Origin: Planctomycetota bacterium
GTDB taxonomy: Bacteria; Planctomycetota; UBA1135; UBA2386
Length of the DNA stretch: 64,000 nucleotides
Direction of reading: 5' to 3'
Assembly: GCA_947501605.1 (NCBI GenBank)
Contig: CANMWZ010000005.1
Location: forward strand, 32,001 to 96,000
Part shown: positions 37,539 to 46,961 of the stretch, one piece after another
Position numbering within the stretch: position 1 is the first letter of the stretch
How the letters are laid out: the number at the start of each line of letters is the position of its first letter
Translations under genes and position numbers: made by a program
Notes under the pieces: model-generated
The model's input: the letters and a program-made list of their open reading frames with translations, nothing else
Database searches by the model: none
What the model was told of the DNA's origin: nothing

Positions 37539-38657
37539 TCACGGAGTCGTGACCCGGATCGAGCTCGAGAACAACCACGGCGCACCGAGCTCGGTGAAGA
37601 CGACAACGCGGTAGACCCCGGCATCGGGGGCGCGCAGTTCCAGCGTCGTTCCCGTGCGCTCGACGACCACCGCCCCGTCCTTCAGTAGCTGAATGCGGCC
37701 CATGGCTGGCGTGCGCACGGCGATCGTCAACTCGGGCGCCGCTGCGACCGTCGCACCCGGAAGGTGCACGAGTGCCCCCTGCGTGGCGCGGAAGTCGAAG
37801 CCTGAACCCTCGTGGAACACATCGAACGACACGTAGGTGCGGCCGAGTTTCACCGCCTCGACGATCGCGGCTTCTTCGAGACTGCGCGCCAGCACGTGCG
37901 TGCTGATCGTGAGGAAGACCTCGGGGTAGTCGGCGATCGTCCCGCCGAGTGGACCTAGCACCTTGATGCTCGCGTGCGCGTCGCCGCCACCGACGGGCGC
38001 GAACGGGTGGCGTAGCTCCAGTTGCTCGTCCCACGCGGCGAACACCTTGGGGTCAGCGATCGCGATGTTCTCCATCAGGAAGCGAGAGGGCAGCAACAGC
38101 CCGCTGCTCAGCACCCACGCGGGGTTGGCGGTCATCGCTCCGGCGTGCAGGTTGACGATTTCCGCGCCGACGAGTCCGGGCACGTTCCAGTCCTGCCACA
38201 TCTCGGCGTGGCAGACGAGCAGGATGGCTCCCTGGCGCTGCGCTTCTTGCACCATTGCGGCGCAGTGCATCCAGCGCCGCAGCGGCCGGGTGAGCGGGAA
38301 TGCGATCACGGTGCCCTGCGGCGTGCGCAGTTCGCAGCCAACCAGGAACAAGGTGTTGCCGAGCATGCCGCGACGGCCGTCCGCGACCGACGCGTCGGTT
38401 TGGTGGTCGGTCATCACCACGAAGTCCGTGTGCGCGCGTTCGCACGCGGCCTGGATCTCCTCGAAGGTGCCTTTGCTGTCGTGCGAGAGGTAGGAGTGGC
38501 AGTGCACCATTCCTTTCCAGTCGAACAGCTTGGTGCCGTCGACGGGCAGCGGGCGTTGGCTGCGAAATCCACCGACTGGGCCTGTCATGGTCGTGAAGGC
38601 TGAGCACGACACAAGAGCCGGTAGCAGGCTCAGCAGCAGGCGAAGGAACGCGGGCAT
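37539..38657 (-). CDS. PHP-like metallohydrolase lipoprotein
   Basis: Motifs HCHSYLSHDS, MTDH and GGGDAH; lipobox-like LVSC. Confidence 0.75.
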   Translation of the reverse strand: MPAFLRLLLSLLPALVSCSAFTTMTGPVGGFRSQRPLPVDGTKLFDWKGMVHCHSYLSHDSKGTFEEIQAACERAHTDFVVMTDHQTDASVADGRRGMLGNTLFLVGCELRTPQGTVIAFPLTRPLRRWMHCAAMVQEAQRQGAILLVCHAEMWQDWNVPGLVGAEIVNLHAGAMTANPAWVLSSGLLLPSRFLMENIAIADPKVFAAWDEQLELRHPFAPVGGGDAHASIKVLGPLGGTIADYPEVFLTISTHVLARSLEEAAIVEAVKLGRTYVSFDVFHEGSGFDFRATQGALVHLPGATVAAAPELTIAVRTPAMGRIQLLKDGAVVVERTGTTLELRAPDAGVYRVVVFTELGAPWLFSSSIRVTTP

Positions 38658-38707
38658 GTACGTTGGTCGGCTAGGACGGGGGCGCGGCACGAGTCGGGCA
38701 CAACCTA

Positions 38708-39394
38708 GTGCTCGCCATCGTCGGGGCCCAGGTTGCATTGGCACCAAGACACCGCCACCATGTTCGCCCCTTGTCCGTCTCACTCCGAGTCCTTTGCCTG
38801 ATACTGCCCCTGGCGTTGTCGCTCGGCGGTTGTGCGGGGCGGACGCCTCTGCCGCACGCCGGCTCGCGTCGTCCGTTGGCACTCACTCTGCCGCACGAGG
38901 GCGACCACATCACCGATGTGCGCGTGTACTACGCCATTCCCATCTTGCAGAAGTCGTTCTTCTGGGACGGCAATAGCGAAGTCGACAGTGCAGGTCTCAG
39001 GATCCGTCAGTTGTGGCAGGTCGAGAACGATGTTGCACTGGGTGTCGGGCTGGCGGCTACGAACTGGTTTCTCGGCGGTCCCGACGTGCAGTCGATCGAG
39101 GCCGAAGGCGTTGGCCGAGCCTACGTCTACCGCAGCGACGACGACAGCTATGGCGTGTTCTGCGACGTGACCGGCGGTTTTCAGCAAGCGACGGACTCCA
39201 TTCCACCCGGCGGCACCGAGTGGAACTTCACGTTTTCCTTCGGGCCCGGCGTCGTCGTGCCGCTGCAACGAGCGCTCGACCTGCAGACTGGACTCACGTA
39301 CCACCACATCTCCAATGCACTCGGTCGCGACAGCCCGCGCAACCCGAGCCAGAACGAGGCGCAGCTCTGGATCGGACTCGCGTTCCGGTTCTGA
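38708..39394 (+). CDS. PagL-like outer-membrane acyloxyacyl hydrolase (start uncertain, probably downstream)
   Basis: Amphipathic beta strands, WNFT, YHHISNA catalytic-type motif and C-terminal Phe. Confidence 0.75.
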   Translation: MLAIVGAQVALAPRHRHHVRPLSVSLRVLCLILPLALSLGGCAGRTPLPHAGSRRPLALTLPHEGDHITDVRVYYAIPILQKSFFWDGNSEVDSAGLRIRQLWQVENDVALGVGLAATNWFLGGPDVQSIEAEGVGRAYVYRSDDDSYGVFCDVTGGFQQATDSIPPGGTEWNFTFSFGPGVVVPLQRALDLQTGLTYHHISNALGRDSPRNPSQNEAQLWIGLAFRF

Positions 39395-39520
39395 CGAGCC
39401 CGCTTTGGAGGCCCATCAGCGGTAGCGCGTCGCAGAGACGCTGCGGCCCCGACTCGAGTGGTCGCCGAGGTTGCTGCGAAGGACCGTTGCCGCTGGCTCA
39501 GGACGCAACGTGCCCGTCGC

Positions 39521-41047
39521 TCAGTGCGCGCCCTTGTAGCTGCGACAGACGAAGATGTCGGCACTGAAGACCTCGATGCCGAAGCGATCGATGTGCACCT
39601 GCTCGACCATCTCGGCGGACACGAAACGGGCGCGCATCTCGCCGACCAGTGCAGCGCGTTCGCTCGCGCGCGGCAACACGAAGATGGCGTCCTGACCGAG
39701 GTGCTGCTGCGGCGCGTCCCAGTGATCGAACTGAAGTGCCGAGTGACCGAGCGCGTTTTGGGCGAGAACTGCCTCGACCCGCGGTTCTTCGGGATGCGCT
39801 TGCTCGTGCAATCGGAGCCCGTGCGTCAGTTGTGCCGCATCCTTGTAGTCAGCAGCAAAGAAGAACACGTTGCCCTCGGTGTGGTCCTCGGGGTCGATCT
39901 TCTCCTCCCACTTCTTGGCGCACGTCGCGATCTCGGTCCAGCCGGTCCACGACGAACCGCGATGCTGGGGCCACAGGGAGATCAGCGGCGCCAGCGCAAG
40001 CAGCGGCATGGTGCAGATTGCCGCGCGGCGCGCCGACAGTGACAGTCTGGGGCGGCGGTCCTGGACGCCGCTCTCGGACCACCACCAGGCAACACCGAGC
40101 ATCAGCGGCAGGTAGGCCGGCGCGATCCAGTTCGGCTTCACCTGCATCCACATGGCGTTGGCCAGGAAGAACAGCGGCATCGGCAGCCCAAAGGCGAGTA
40201 GCCACAGCGCCCTCGGGTCGCGCTCGCCGGTGCGGGACAGCGCGCGGCGCGCGAGCCAGAGTGTCGCGAACGGCAGCATCAGCGCGATCGCCGGGTGCAG
40301 CAGGCCGAACTGGCCGCCGACGAACTGAAAGAACCAGTGCGCTGACCAGCGGGTGTTGCCGAAGCGATGGGAGGTCTGGAAACGGAACGACTCGAAGTCG
40401 TTGTGGATGTTCCACAGTACGACAGGCAGGAACACGAGCAGCGCGGTGAGGACGGCGAGCCACGGTCCCGGTCGCCGCAACTGGCGCCGCATCGGCGCGT
40501 CGAACAGCAACACAAGGACGCCGCTGAGGCCGAGGAACGCAGCGGTGTATTTGCTCAGCAAGGCACAGCCGGTGAACACGCCGGCGAGAATCCACCAGCC
40601 GAGTTTGCCGTCGCGGGCGCGCCACAAGGCTGCCATGCTCGCGAGCCAGAACAGGCACAACGGCGGGTCTGGGTTGGCGAGGAAGCGGGTCGCGATCAGC
40701 ACCGGGGCGCAGCTGCTGAACAGCAGCCAAGCGCGGACCGCATTCGCACTCGCGCCGAAGGCGCGAAGCAGGTGCATACCGACCAGCAACGTGCCGAGGC
40801 CGCACAGCATCGTCAGCAGGCGCACGCCGATGGCGCCATCGCCAAGCAGCTGCGTCCCGGTCCAGATCAGCCAAGCGACCATCGGCGGGTGATCGTAGTA
40901 CGAGCAGTCGGGGTGCTGGGCGTAGGTCCAGTAGTAGGCCTCCTGCGCAAACACCGGCATCGACAGGCTGAGCCAGATGCCGGGGAGGCAGGCCAGGAGG
41001 ATCCAGCGGAGTTCGACGTGCTCGTGGTCAGCGTTCAACGCGTGCAC
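39521..41047 (-). CDS. ArnT/PMT_2 (GT-C) membrane glycosyltransferase
   Basis: Motifs EAYYW, YYDHPPMVAW, PDPPL, LLSKYT and PVVLWN. Confidence 0.87.
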   Translation of the reverse strand: MHALNADHEHVELRWILLACLPGIWLSLSMPVFAQEAYYWTYAQHPDCSYYDHPPMVAWLIWTGTQLLGDGAIGVRLLTMLCGLGTLLVGMHLLRAFGASANAVRAWLLFSSCAPVLIATRFLANPDPPLCLFWLASMAALWRARDGKLGWWILAGVFTGCALLSKYTAAFLGLSGVLVLLFDAPMRRQLRRPGPWLAVLTALLVFLPVVLWNIHNDFESFRFQTSHRFGNTRWSAHWFFQFVGGQFGLLHPAIALMLPFATLWLARRALSRTGERDPRALWLLAFGLPMPLFFLANAMWMQVKPNWIAPAYLPLMLGVAWWWSESGVQDRRPRLSLSARRAAICTMPLLALAPLISLWPQHRGSSWTGWTEIATCAKKWEEKIDPEDHTEGNVFFFAADYKDAAQLTHGLRLHEQAHPEEPRVEAVLAQNALGHSALQFDHWDAPQQHLGQDAIFVLPRASERAALVGEMRARFVSAEMVEQVHIDRFGIEVFSADIFVCRSYKGAH

Positions 41048-41124
41048 GCTAGTCGCGCGCAGTTTCGCTGCAAACCCGCAAGGCCGGTTCCGAGGTGCTC
41101 AGCGTCAATTTCCCTTGATGCGGA

Positions 41125-41415
41125 TCAGAGCCGAGGAAGTCCGCGTCGGGCGCGCACGTCCTCCTCGATCGCTTCCGTACGCCGGATGGTGTGTTCGAGC
41201 CGCTCCTCCAGGACCGTGATGCGCAGATGGAGGTTTTTCACACGGTGGCCTGCAAACAGCGCGAGCCAGCACAGCCCGAGCGTGAACGTGAGCAGCCCGA
41301 TCTCCGGCATCTGCCAGAGCGGCAGCAGGCGGGAGGCCTCCTGTTCGAGCAGCAGGCTGGCGATGACGAGGCTGGCCATCAGCAGGTGGAACTGGCGTTC
41401 GTGCAGCGTGTGCAT
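41125..41415 (-). CDS. Small hypothetical membrane protein (2 TM + coiled coil)
   Basis: Two hydrophobic segments followed by RITVLEERLE. Confidence 0.55.
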   Translation of the reverse strand: MHTLHERQFHLLMASLVIASLLLEQEASRLLPLWQMPEIGLLTFTLGLCWLALFAGHRVKNLHLRITVLEERLEHTIRRTEAIEEDVRARRGLPRL

Positions 41416-41664
41416 GGGCGCAGTCTAGCAACCGGTCGAAGCGAGCATCCGGCTCCGGGCCGGCCCAGAGGGCCGAGTCCTGGTCGGCCGGCCGAGTTGC
41501 ACCGCCACCAGTTCGACATGGTCCTTGCGCCTGGGTCCTTGCGCCTCGGATCGCCGCGCCCTGGATGTGGCCTCGGCTCATGACCTCGCCATAGAACGGC
41601 TGCTGGTCGCCGATGGGATCGCACTTTGGCCTGGATGAGGGAGCAACCGATACAAAGGCCACGG

Positions 41665-43401
41665 ATGGCCGACGACACGAACAGCAGCAAGATGGCGATG
41701 ACGACGATCGAGGACCGAGCGCTGGCGTCCGGGTGTGCGGAGTATCTGCACGGCGCGTTCCTCGAGTACAACGCGCAGTTCCGCACGATCACGCGGCGCG
41801 CCAAGGCTCGCTTCGAGCGGCGCGACTGGCAGGGCGGGCAGCGCGATGCTGCCGAGCGGATCGACCTCTATGACGAGCACGTGAAGGCGTCGGTCGAACA
41901 CCTTCAGCAGTTGCTCGGCGAACGCTCGCGCGATCGGGGATTCTGGGTCAGTGTCAAGGCAACGTTCGTTGACGTGGTCGCGCACTATCCCGACGTCGAG
42001 TTCACCAAGACCTACTTCAGTTCGGTCACACGGCGAGTGTTCAGCACGGCGGGCGTCGACCCAGCGATCCAGTTCACCGGCGAGGAGACGATCCCGCTGC
42101 GCAACATCGACGGTCCCCTGATCGGTCGAAACTACTGCAACAGCGGTTCGCTGGAGGCGATGTTCGACACGTTGCTCGCCGACCACGAGTGGACCGTCAG
42201 TCACGCCGACCGAACGCGCTGTGCCAGCTACGTTGCCATGCAGGTCCGCGAGCACTACGCCCGCCATCTCCACGGCGACGCCGTGATCTGCGTCGATGTG
42301 CTGCCGGCGGTCTTCTACCGCGACACGCGGGCCTACGTGATCGGCAAGACCACGGGGTGGACCAACAGTTCCCCGCTCGTGATCGCCCTCGAACACACCG
42401 AGCGCGGCATCGCGGTCGACGCCGTGATTCAGACCGAGGAGGCCGTGGCGGTGATGTTTGGTTTCGCGCGGTCCTACTTCCACGTCGATCTGGAGCCAGT
42501 CGGGTCGGCCGTCGTGTTCCTCCGCAAGGTCGTGCCGCGCGAGACCGTGCACGAGCTGTTCACGATCCTCGGTCGCGCCAAACAAGGGAAGACCGAGCGT
42601 TTCCGGGGTTTGGAGCGGCACCTGCGCTTCTCGCGCGACAGCTTCGTCGTCGCCCCGGGCAAGAAGGGCATGGTGATGGCCGTGTTCACGCTGCCGTCGT
42701 ACGACGTGGTGTTCAAAGTGATCCGCGATCGCTTTCCCTTCCCCAAGGACACCTCGCACGACGAGGTGAAGCAGCACTACAAGCTGGTCGCCCGTCATGA
42801 CAAGGCGGGCCGCTTGGTCGATGCACAGGAGTTTCGCATGCTCCGCTTCGAGCGTTCGCGATTCGAGGGCAAGCTGCTCGATGAGTTGCTGACCGAGGCG
42901 GCGCGCACGACGCGCGTCGACGGGGACTCGGTGGTCATCGCCCATGCCTACATCGAGCGCCGCCTGCGGCCGCTCGATCTCTACCTGCGCGAAGTCGACC
43001 TCGACACCGCGATCCGCGCCGTTCTCGACTTCGGCCAGGCGCTGCGCGACCTCGCCGCGACCAACATCTTTCCCGGCGACATCCTGCTCAAGAACTGGGG
43101 CGTCGGGCGCACCGGGCGCGTGGTCTTCTACGACTACGACGAACTGTGTCTGCTCACCGACTGCGTGTTCCGCGACATGCCGGTTGCCGTCACCCACGAG
43201 GACGAGATGTCGGCCGAGCCGTGGTTCTCGGTCGGCGCCAACGACGTGTTCCCCGAGCAGTGGGCCGCCTTTCTCGGGATGACGCCGGCCCTGTTGGCGG
43301 CCTTCTGCGAGGAGCACGGGGAGTTGCTGACGGCCAAGTGGTGGCGCGGCATCCAGCAGCGGTTGCGCAAAGGCGAGGTGCTCGAACTGCTGCCCTATTG
43401 A
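41665..43401 (+). CDS. aceK: Isocitrate dehydrogenase kinase/phosphatase
   Basis: Motifs FGFARSYF, KQGKTE, APGKKGMVMAVF, VFKVIRD, NIFPGDILLKNWGV, VVFYDYDE and DVFPE. Confidence 0.95.
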   Translation: MADDTNSSKMAMTTIEDRALASGCAEYLHGAFLEYNAQFRTITRRAKARFERRDWQGGQRDAAERIDLYDEHVKASVEHLQQLLGERSRDRGFWVSVKATFVDVVAHYPDVEFTKTYFSSVTRRVFSTAGVDPAIQFTGEETIPLRNIDGPLIGRNYCNSGSLEAMFDTLLADHEWTVSHADRTRCASYVAMQVREHYARHLHGDAVICVDVLPAVFYRDTRAYVIGKTTGWTNSSPLVIALEHTERGIAVDAVIQTEEAVAVMFGFARSYFHVDLEPVGSAVVFLRKVVPRETVHELFTILGRAKQGKTERFRGLERHLRFSRDSFVVAPGKKGMVMAVFTLPSYDVVFKVIRDRFPFPKDTSHDEVKQHYKLVARHDKAGRLVDAQEFRMLRFERSRFEGKLLDELLTEAARTTRVDGDSVVIAHAYIERRLRPLDLYLREVDLDTAIRAVLDFGQALRDLAATNIFPGDILLKNWGVGRTGRVVFYDYDELCLLTDCVFRDMPVAVTHEDEMSAEPWFSVGANDVFPEQWAAFLGMTPALLAAFCEEHGELLTAKWWRGIQQRLRKGEVLELLPY

Positions 43402-43892
43402 GACCGCCGCGTTCGCCGCAGCCGCGGCTTTCGGCGAAGGTCCCCGCCGCTCCGGTTCTTGGTCTTGCGATCCCGAGTGACATCGAACTCCGCGTCGGCA
43501 GAGCCATCGAGGTGAACGTCTGCGTTCGCGCCGCTGCCGGGGCGCCGATCGCGGGGGCCGAAGTCTGGCTTGGCGCCGCCGCTTTGCAGCAGGAGGCCCT
43601 GCGGCGCGACCGAGTTGCCGAGCTGTTGCGACTCGCCAAGGCGGGGACGGGATCAGGGGGCGGTCGCGGTCCTGTCACCGACGCCAAAGGCTGCGCCACC
43701 TTTGCCAAGGTCCCGATGCTGGCCGGGCTGAAGGTGCATGCCGCCGACGCTGTTGGTCGTGACGGTGGGGCGCAGGTCGCACTCCCTGGCGCTGCGGATC
43801 GGGTGCGCTGCGACGGCGTGCTTCGCTGCGCAATCTTGCGATCCTGCATTTCGCGCGCGCCGCGCCGACAGGAGCCACGTAGCGTTCGCTGG

Positions 43893-44558
43893 GTGATCCC
43901 GCACGAACTCGTACGCACTGCCCAGATCCCCGGTGGAGGCGAGCTGCGTTGCTACCGCCATGACGACGCCTACCTGATCCGCGTCGACGGGATCGAGTTG
44001 ATGAGCAGTCGCGTCCACGGCTCGGAAGAAGAACTTGCGGAGCTGGCACTGAAGCGCCTCGGCCGGACGTCGCCGCGCGTGCTGATCGGCGGACTCGGCA
44101 TGGGCTACACGCTGGCTCGCACGCTGCAGCTCGTCGATGAGCACGCAGTCGTCGAAGTGGCGGAGATCTCGCCCGAGATCGTCGAGTGGAACCGCGACGT
44201 CTTTGGCCACTGCGCCGGCGATCCGTTGAAGGATCCGCGGGCCAAAGTTCTGATGAGCGACGTCGCCGAGCGCATCGGCAGCGTCAACGGGCTCTACGAC
44301 GCGATGCTGCTCGACGTCGACAACGGCCCCAACGGGCTCGTTCGACCTGACAATGATCGCATTTACAGCGCCAACGGACTCGAGCGCGCCCACAAGGCAC
44401 TGCGCCCAGGCGGCGTGCTCGCGGTTTGGTCCGCCCGCAGCGACGATCGCTTCGCCGATCGGTTGCGTCGGGGCAGTTTCGATGTGGTCGAGCACCGCGT
44501 GCGTGCCCGACGCACACGCGGCCCCGTTCGCACCATTTGGGTCGGGGCGAGGCGGTGA
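43893..44558 (+). CDS. Spermidine-synthase-like SAM-dependent methyltransferase
   Basis: Motifs ELMSSRVHGSEE, VLIGGLGMGYT, LLDVDNGP and GGVLAVWS. Confidence 0.85.
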   Translation: MIPHELVRTAQIPGGGELRCYRHDDAYLIRVDGIELMSSRVHGSEEELAELALKRLGRTSPRVLIGGLGMGYTLARTLQLVDEHAVVEVAEISPEIVEWNRDVFGHCAGDPLKDPRAKVLMSDVAERIGSVNGLYDAMLLDVDNGPNGLVRPDNDRIYSANGLERAHKALRPGGVLAVWSARSDDRFADRLRRGSFDVVEHRVRARRTRGPVRTIWVGARR

Positions 44559-44560
44559 CG

Positions 44561-44896
44561 ATGCCGAGGCAGACCTGGTCGGTCTACCTCGTTCGCAGGG
44601 CCGACGGCGCACTTTATTGCGGCATTGCCAAAGACGTGAAGGCGCGGCTCTCGACGCACGAGCGCGGCCTTGGCAGCAAAGCCCTGCGTGGGCGCGGTCC
44701 GCTGCGGCTCGTCTGGTCGCGACGCATCGGCACGCGGGCTCTGGCCCAGCGCATCGAGGCCGCGATCAAACGCTTGCCGAAGGTCGACAAAGAACGGCTC
44801 GCGGTCGAGCGCGCATTCGCAGCGCGCTGGCTTGCTCGGCAGCGGGTGGTCGGCGCGAACAACGCCAAAAGGGCACAGCCCGCGCCGATGTCGTAG
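44561..44896 (+). CDS. Small GIY-YIG nuclease (YhbQ/UPF0213-like)
   Basis: WSVYLVRRADGALYCGIAKD...R..H..G...E..IK. Confidence 0.85.
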   Translation: MPRQTWSVYLVRRADGALYCGIAKDVKARLSTHERGLGSKALRGRGPLRLVWSRRIGTRALAQRIEAAIKRLPKVDKERLAVERAFAARWLARQRVVGANNAKRAQPAPMS

Positions 44897-44905
44897 TCGC
44901 CGCGA

Positions 44906-45448
44906 TCAGACCTGCGCCGGCTCGTAGCCAGCCGCGATCCGCAACACGCCAGTCGCCGCGATCTCCTTCGCCGTGACGCCGACGCCTTGCACGTAGACGG
45001 CAATGCCGAGCATCGTCGGGCCGAGCGAGAAGGTCATGCCGCCGAAGTCGATGCCGGTGGCCACGACATAGTCGGTCTTCAACAGCGGCGGCAGCGACGG
45101 CAACTGGATCGTGTTGGGGGCTGCGGCGGCGAGCAGGATGCCGAGGAATGGCTTGTCTCCTTGGTTGGCCGCGAGCTTTGCGAACAGGTGACCATTGCGG
45201 ACGAGTCGCAGCGACACCGAGAACGGTGCGTCTGCGACCGGGTCGACGGGACGGATGTCGGGTTCGCTCGCGGCCACGTCGGCGACCGCCGCCACGGCGG
45301 CGTCGATCGGCCGCGCCGAGGGCACCTTCACGAGCGGCTCGTGCTGGCTGTTCTGCTCGGGCGCGGGCAGCGCGGCGATCTCATAGCGCTGGGCGCAGAG
45401 GGAGCTGGTCATCGAAGCGAGGAGGGCGATGGGGAGCAGGGTCTTCAT
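44906..45448 (-). CDS. Hypothetical secreted protein
   Basis: Signal peptide MKTLLPIALLASMTSSLCA-Q. Confidence 0.65.
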   Translation of the reverse strand: MKTLLPIALLASMTSSLCAQRYEIAALPAPEQNSQHEPLVKVPSARPIDAAVAAVADVAASEPDIRPVDPVADAPFSVSLRLVRNGHLFAKLAANQGDKPFLGILLAAAAPNTIQLPSLPPLLKTDYVVATGIDFGGMTFSLGPTMLGIAVYVQGVGVTAKEIAATGVLRIAAGYEPAQV

Positions 45449-45548
45449 GGCTGGATCTCGTTGGTTTGGTGTAAGCAGTCCGCTGGGGACACGCTTGCCA
45501 AGGGGAGATCGCAGCGGCACCGCAGGGTGCTGTTGACGGTTCTTGGCG

Positions 45549-46286
45549 TCAGCCGCGGACGTGCAACGTAGCCAGCAGCGCGAGATGGTCGGAGGCAGTC
45601 GCCGCCGGTGCATGGCGTATGCGGTTCAGCTCACGGACCTCGACCTCACCTCGCACGTAGAGGCTGTCGAGGGCGCGCAACGGTGCATAGGCCGGAAACG
45701 TGGCCAGCGGGCGCTGTGGTCCGCGAAATCCGTTGGGCTCGAGCAAGCGCGGGCCGAGCGTGCCCCAGACATCGTTGAAGTCGCCAGCGACCACGATCGG
45801 GGTGCGCCGGTGCAGGCCTGCGAACGGGTGCGCGGCGAGAAACTGGACCAGTTGGCGGCGACGTTCGCGTTCGCCGAGTCCGAGATGGAGGTTGAAGGCG
45901 TGGAGTGCGCGCGTGCCGGCGCCGTCCAGCGCCAGGCGTACCTCGGCATGCAAGATCGACCGCTGCTTCTTGCCAGGCTGGGTGATGTCAATGTTCTCGG
46001 TCGCGACGATCGGGAAGCGGCTGAGCACGGCGTTGCCGTACGACCCGCGCCGGACGCCGAAGCGCACGTTGACGAAGTAGCTGCGGTGGGGGAGACCGAG
46101 GAGATCCCCGAGCACGTCGACTTGGCGTTCGCCGCGGTACCACGTGCCATCTTCGGCGACTTCCTGCAGCAGCACGAGGTCGGGCGCGCAGCTCGCGATC
46201 AAGTTGGCGGTGCGTGCGGGGTCGTAACGGCGGTCGAGACCCCCGGTGCACTTGTGGATGTTCCAACTGAGGACGCGGACGAGCAT
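45549..46286 (-). CDS. Endonuclease/exonuclease/phosphatase family protein
   Basis: Motifs SWNIHK, LQEV, YGNAVLS, AGDFND, LD and SDH. Confidence 0.9.
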   Translation of the reverse strand: MLVRVLSWNIHKCTGGLDRRYDPARTANLIASCAPDLVLLQEVAEDGTWYRGERQVDVLGDLLGLPHRSYFVNVRFGVRRGSYGNAVLSRFPIVATENIDITQPGKKQRSILHAEVRLALDGAGTRALHAFNLHLGLGERERRRQLVQFLAAHPFAGLHRRTPIVVAGDFNDVWGTLGPRLLEPNGFRGPQRPLATFPAYAPLRALDSLYVRGEVEVRELNRIRHAPAATASDHLALLATLHVRG

Positions 46287-46311
46287 CGTGATACCAAGAC
46301 CCCGCTTCCGC

Positions 46312-46950
46312 TCAGTGGCAGCAGCCTCCTTGCGAAGCCAGGACACCACGCCACAGCAGCACGACGGCGGCCAGCAGCATGGCGAGGGTTTGAACGAGCT
46401 TCAGTGTGCGCGGTGACAGCCGCCGAGCCAAGGACGGAGCGTGCCACTGCGCCAGCACCAGGAGTGGCAGCGAGCCCAGTGCAAAGCCGAGCATGACGAT
46501 CGCCCCATTCGGCGCCGAGCCGGCGACCGTCGCCGCCGCGCATGCTGACCACAACAGACCGCATGGCAACAGCGGCGTGCAGACGCCGAGCAAGCCGGCT
46601 CGCAGCGTCGGCGACAGTCGGCGGCTTTTCGCAGTGGCTCGCGCCAGCAGTCGCGACAAGAACGGGATCTTCAGACTGCCGCGTTCGCCGACCAGTGCCA
46701 GCAGCACGAGGCCGATGGCGAGCACGTAGGCCACTGTCGCCGTCGGAACACCGACTTCGTGGCTGCCGAGCAAGGCGCCACTACCGCCAAGGGCGGTGCC
46801 GACTGCGGAGTACGACAGTGCTCGTCCCATCTGGTAGGCAGTGGTGGCTCGCGGACTGGCGCCGAACGCGATTGCAAGCGGCCCGCACATGCAGGCGCAG
46901 TGCACGGAGTTGGCGGCGCCGAAAATGAAACTCTCGATCAGCAGGGACAT
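46312..46950 (-). CDS. DsbD_2/TauE-like membrane protein (cbb3 biogenesis)
   Basis: Motifs SVHCACMCGPL, YQMGRALSY and LLPCGL; C-terminal CCH. Confidence 0.85.
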   Translation of the reverse strand: MSLLIESFIFGAANSVHCACMCGPLAIAFGASPRATTAYQMGRALSYSAVGTALGGSGALLGSHEVGVPTATVAYVLAIGLVLLALVGERGSLKIPFLSRLLARATAKSRRLSPTLRAGLLGVCTPLLPCGLLWSACAAATVAGSAPNGAIVMLGFALGSLPLLVLAQWHAPSLARRLSPRTLKLVQTLAMLLAAVVLLWRGVLASQGGCCH

Positions 46951-46961
46951 TGGGTCGTCGC

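Noticed and set aside
44561..44896. Homing endonuclease or mobile intron
   Set aside because: Short stand-alone YhbQ-type GIY-YIG protein; no interrupted host gene.
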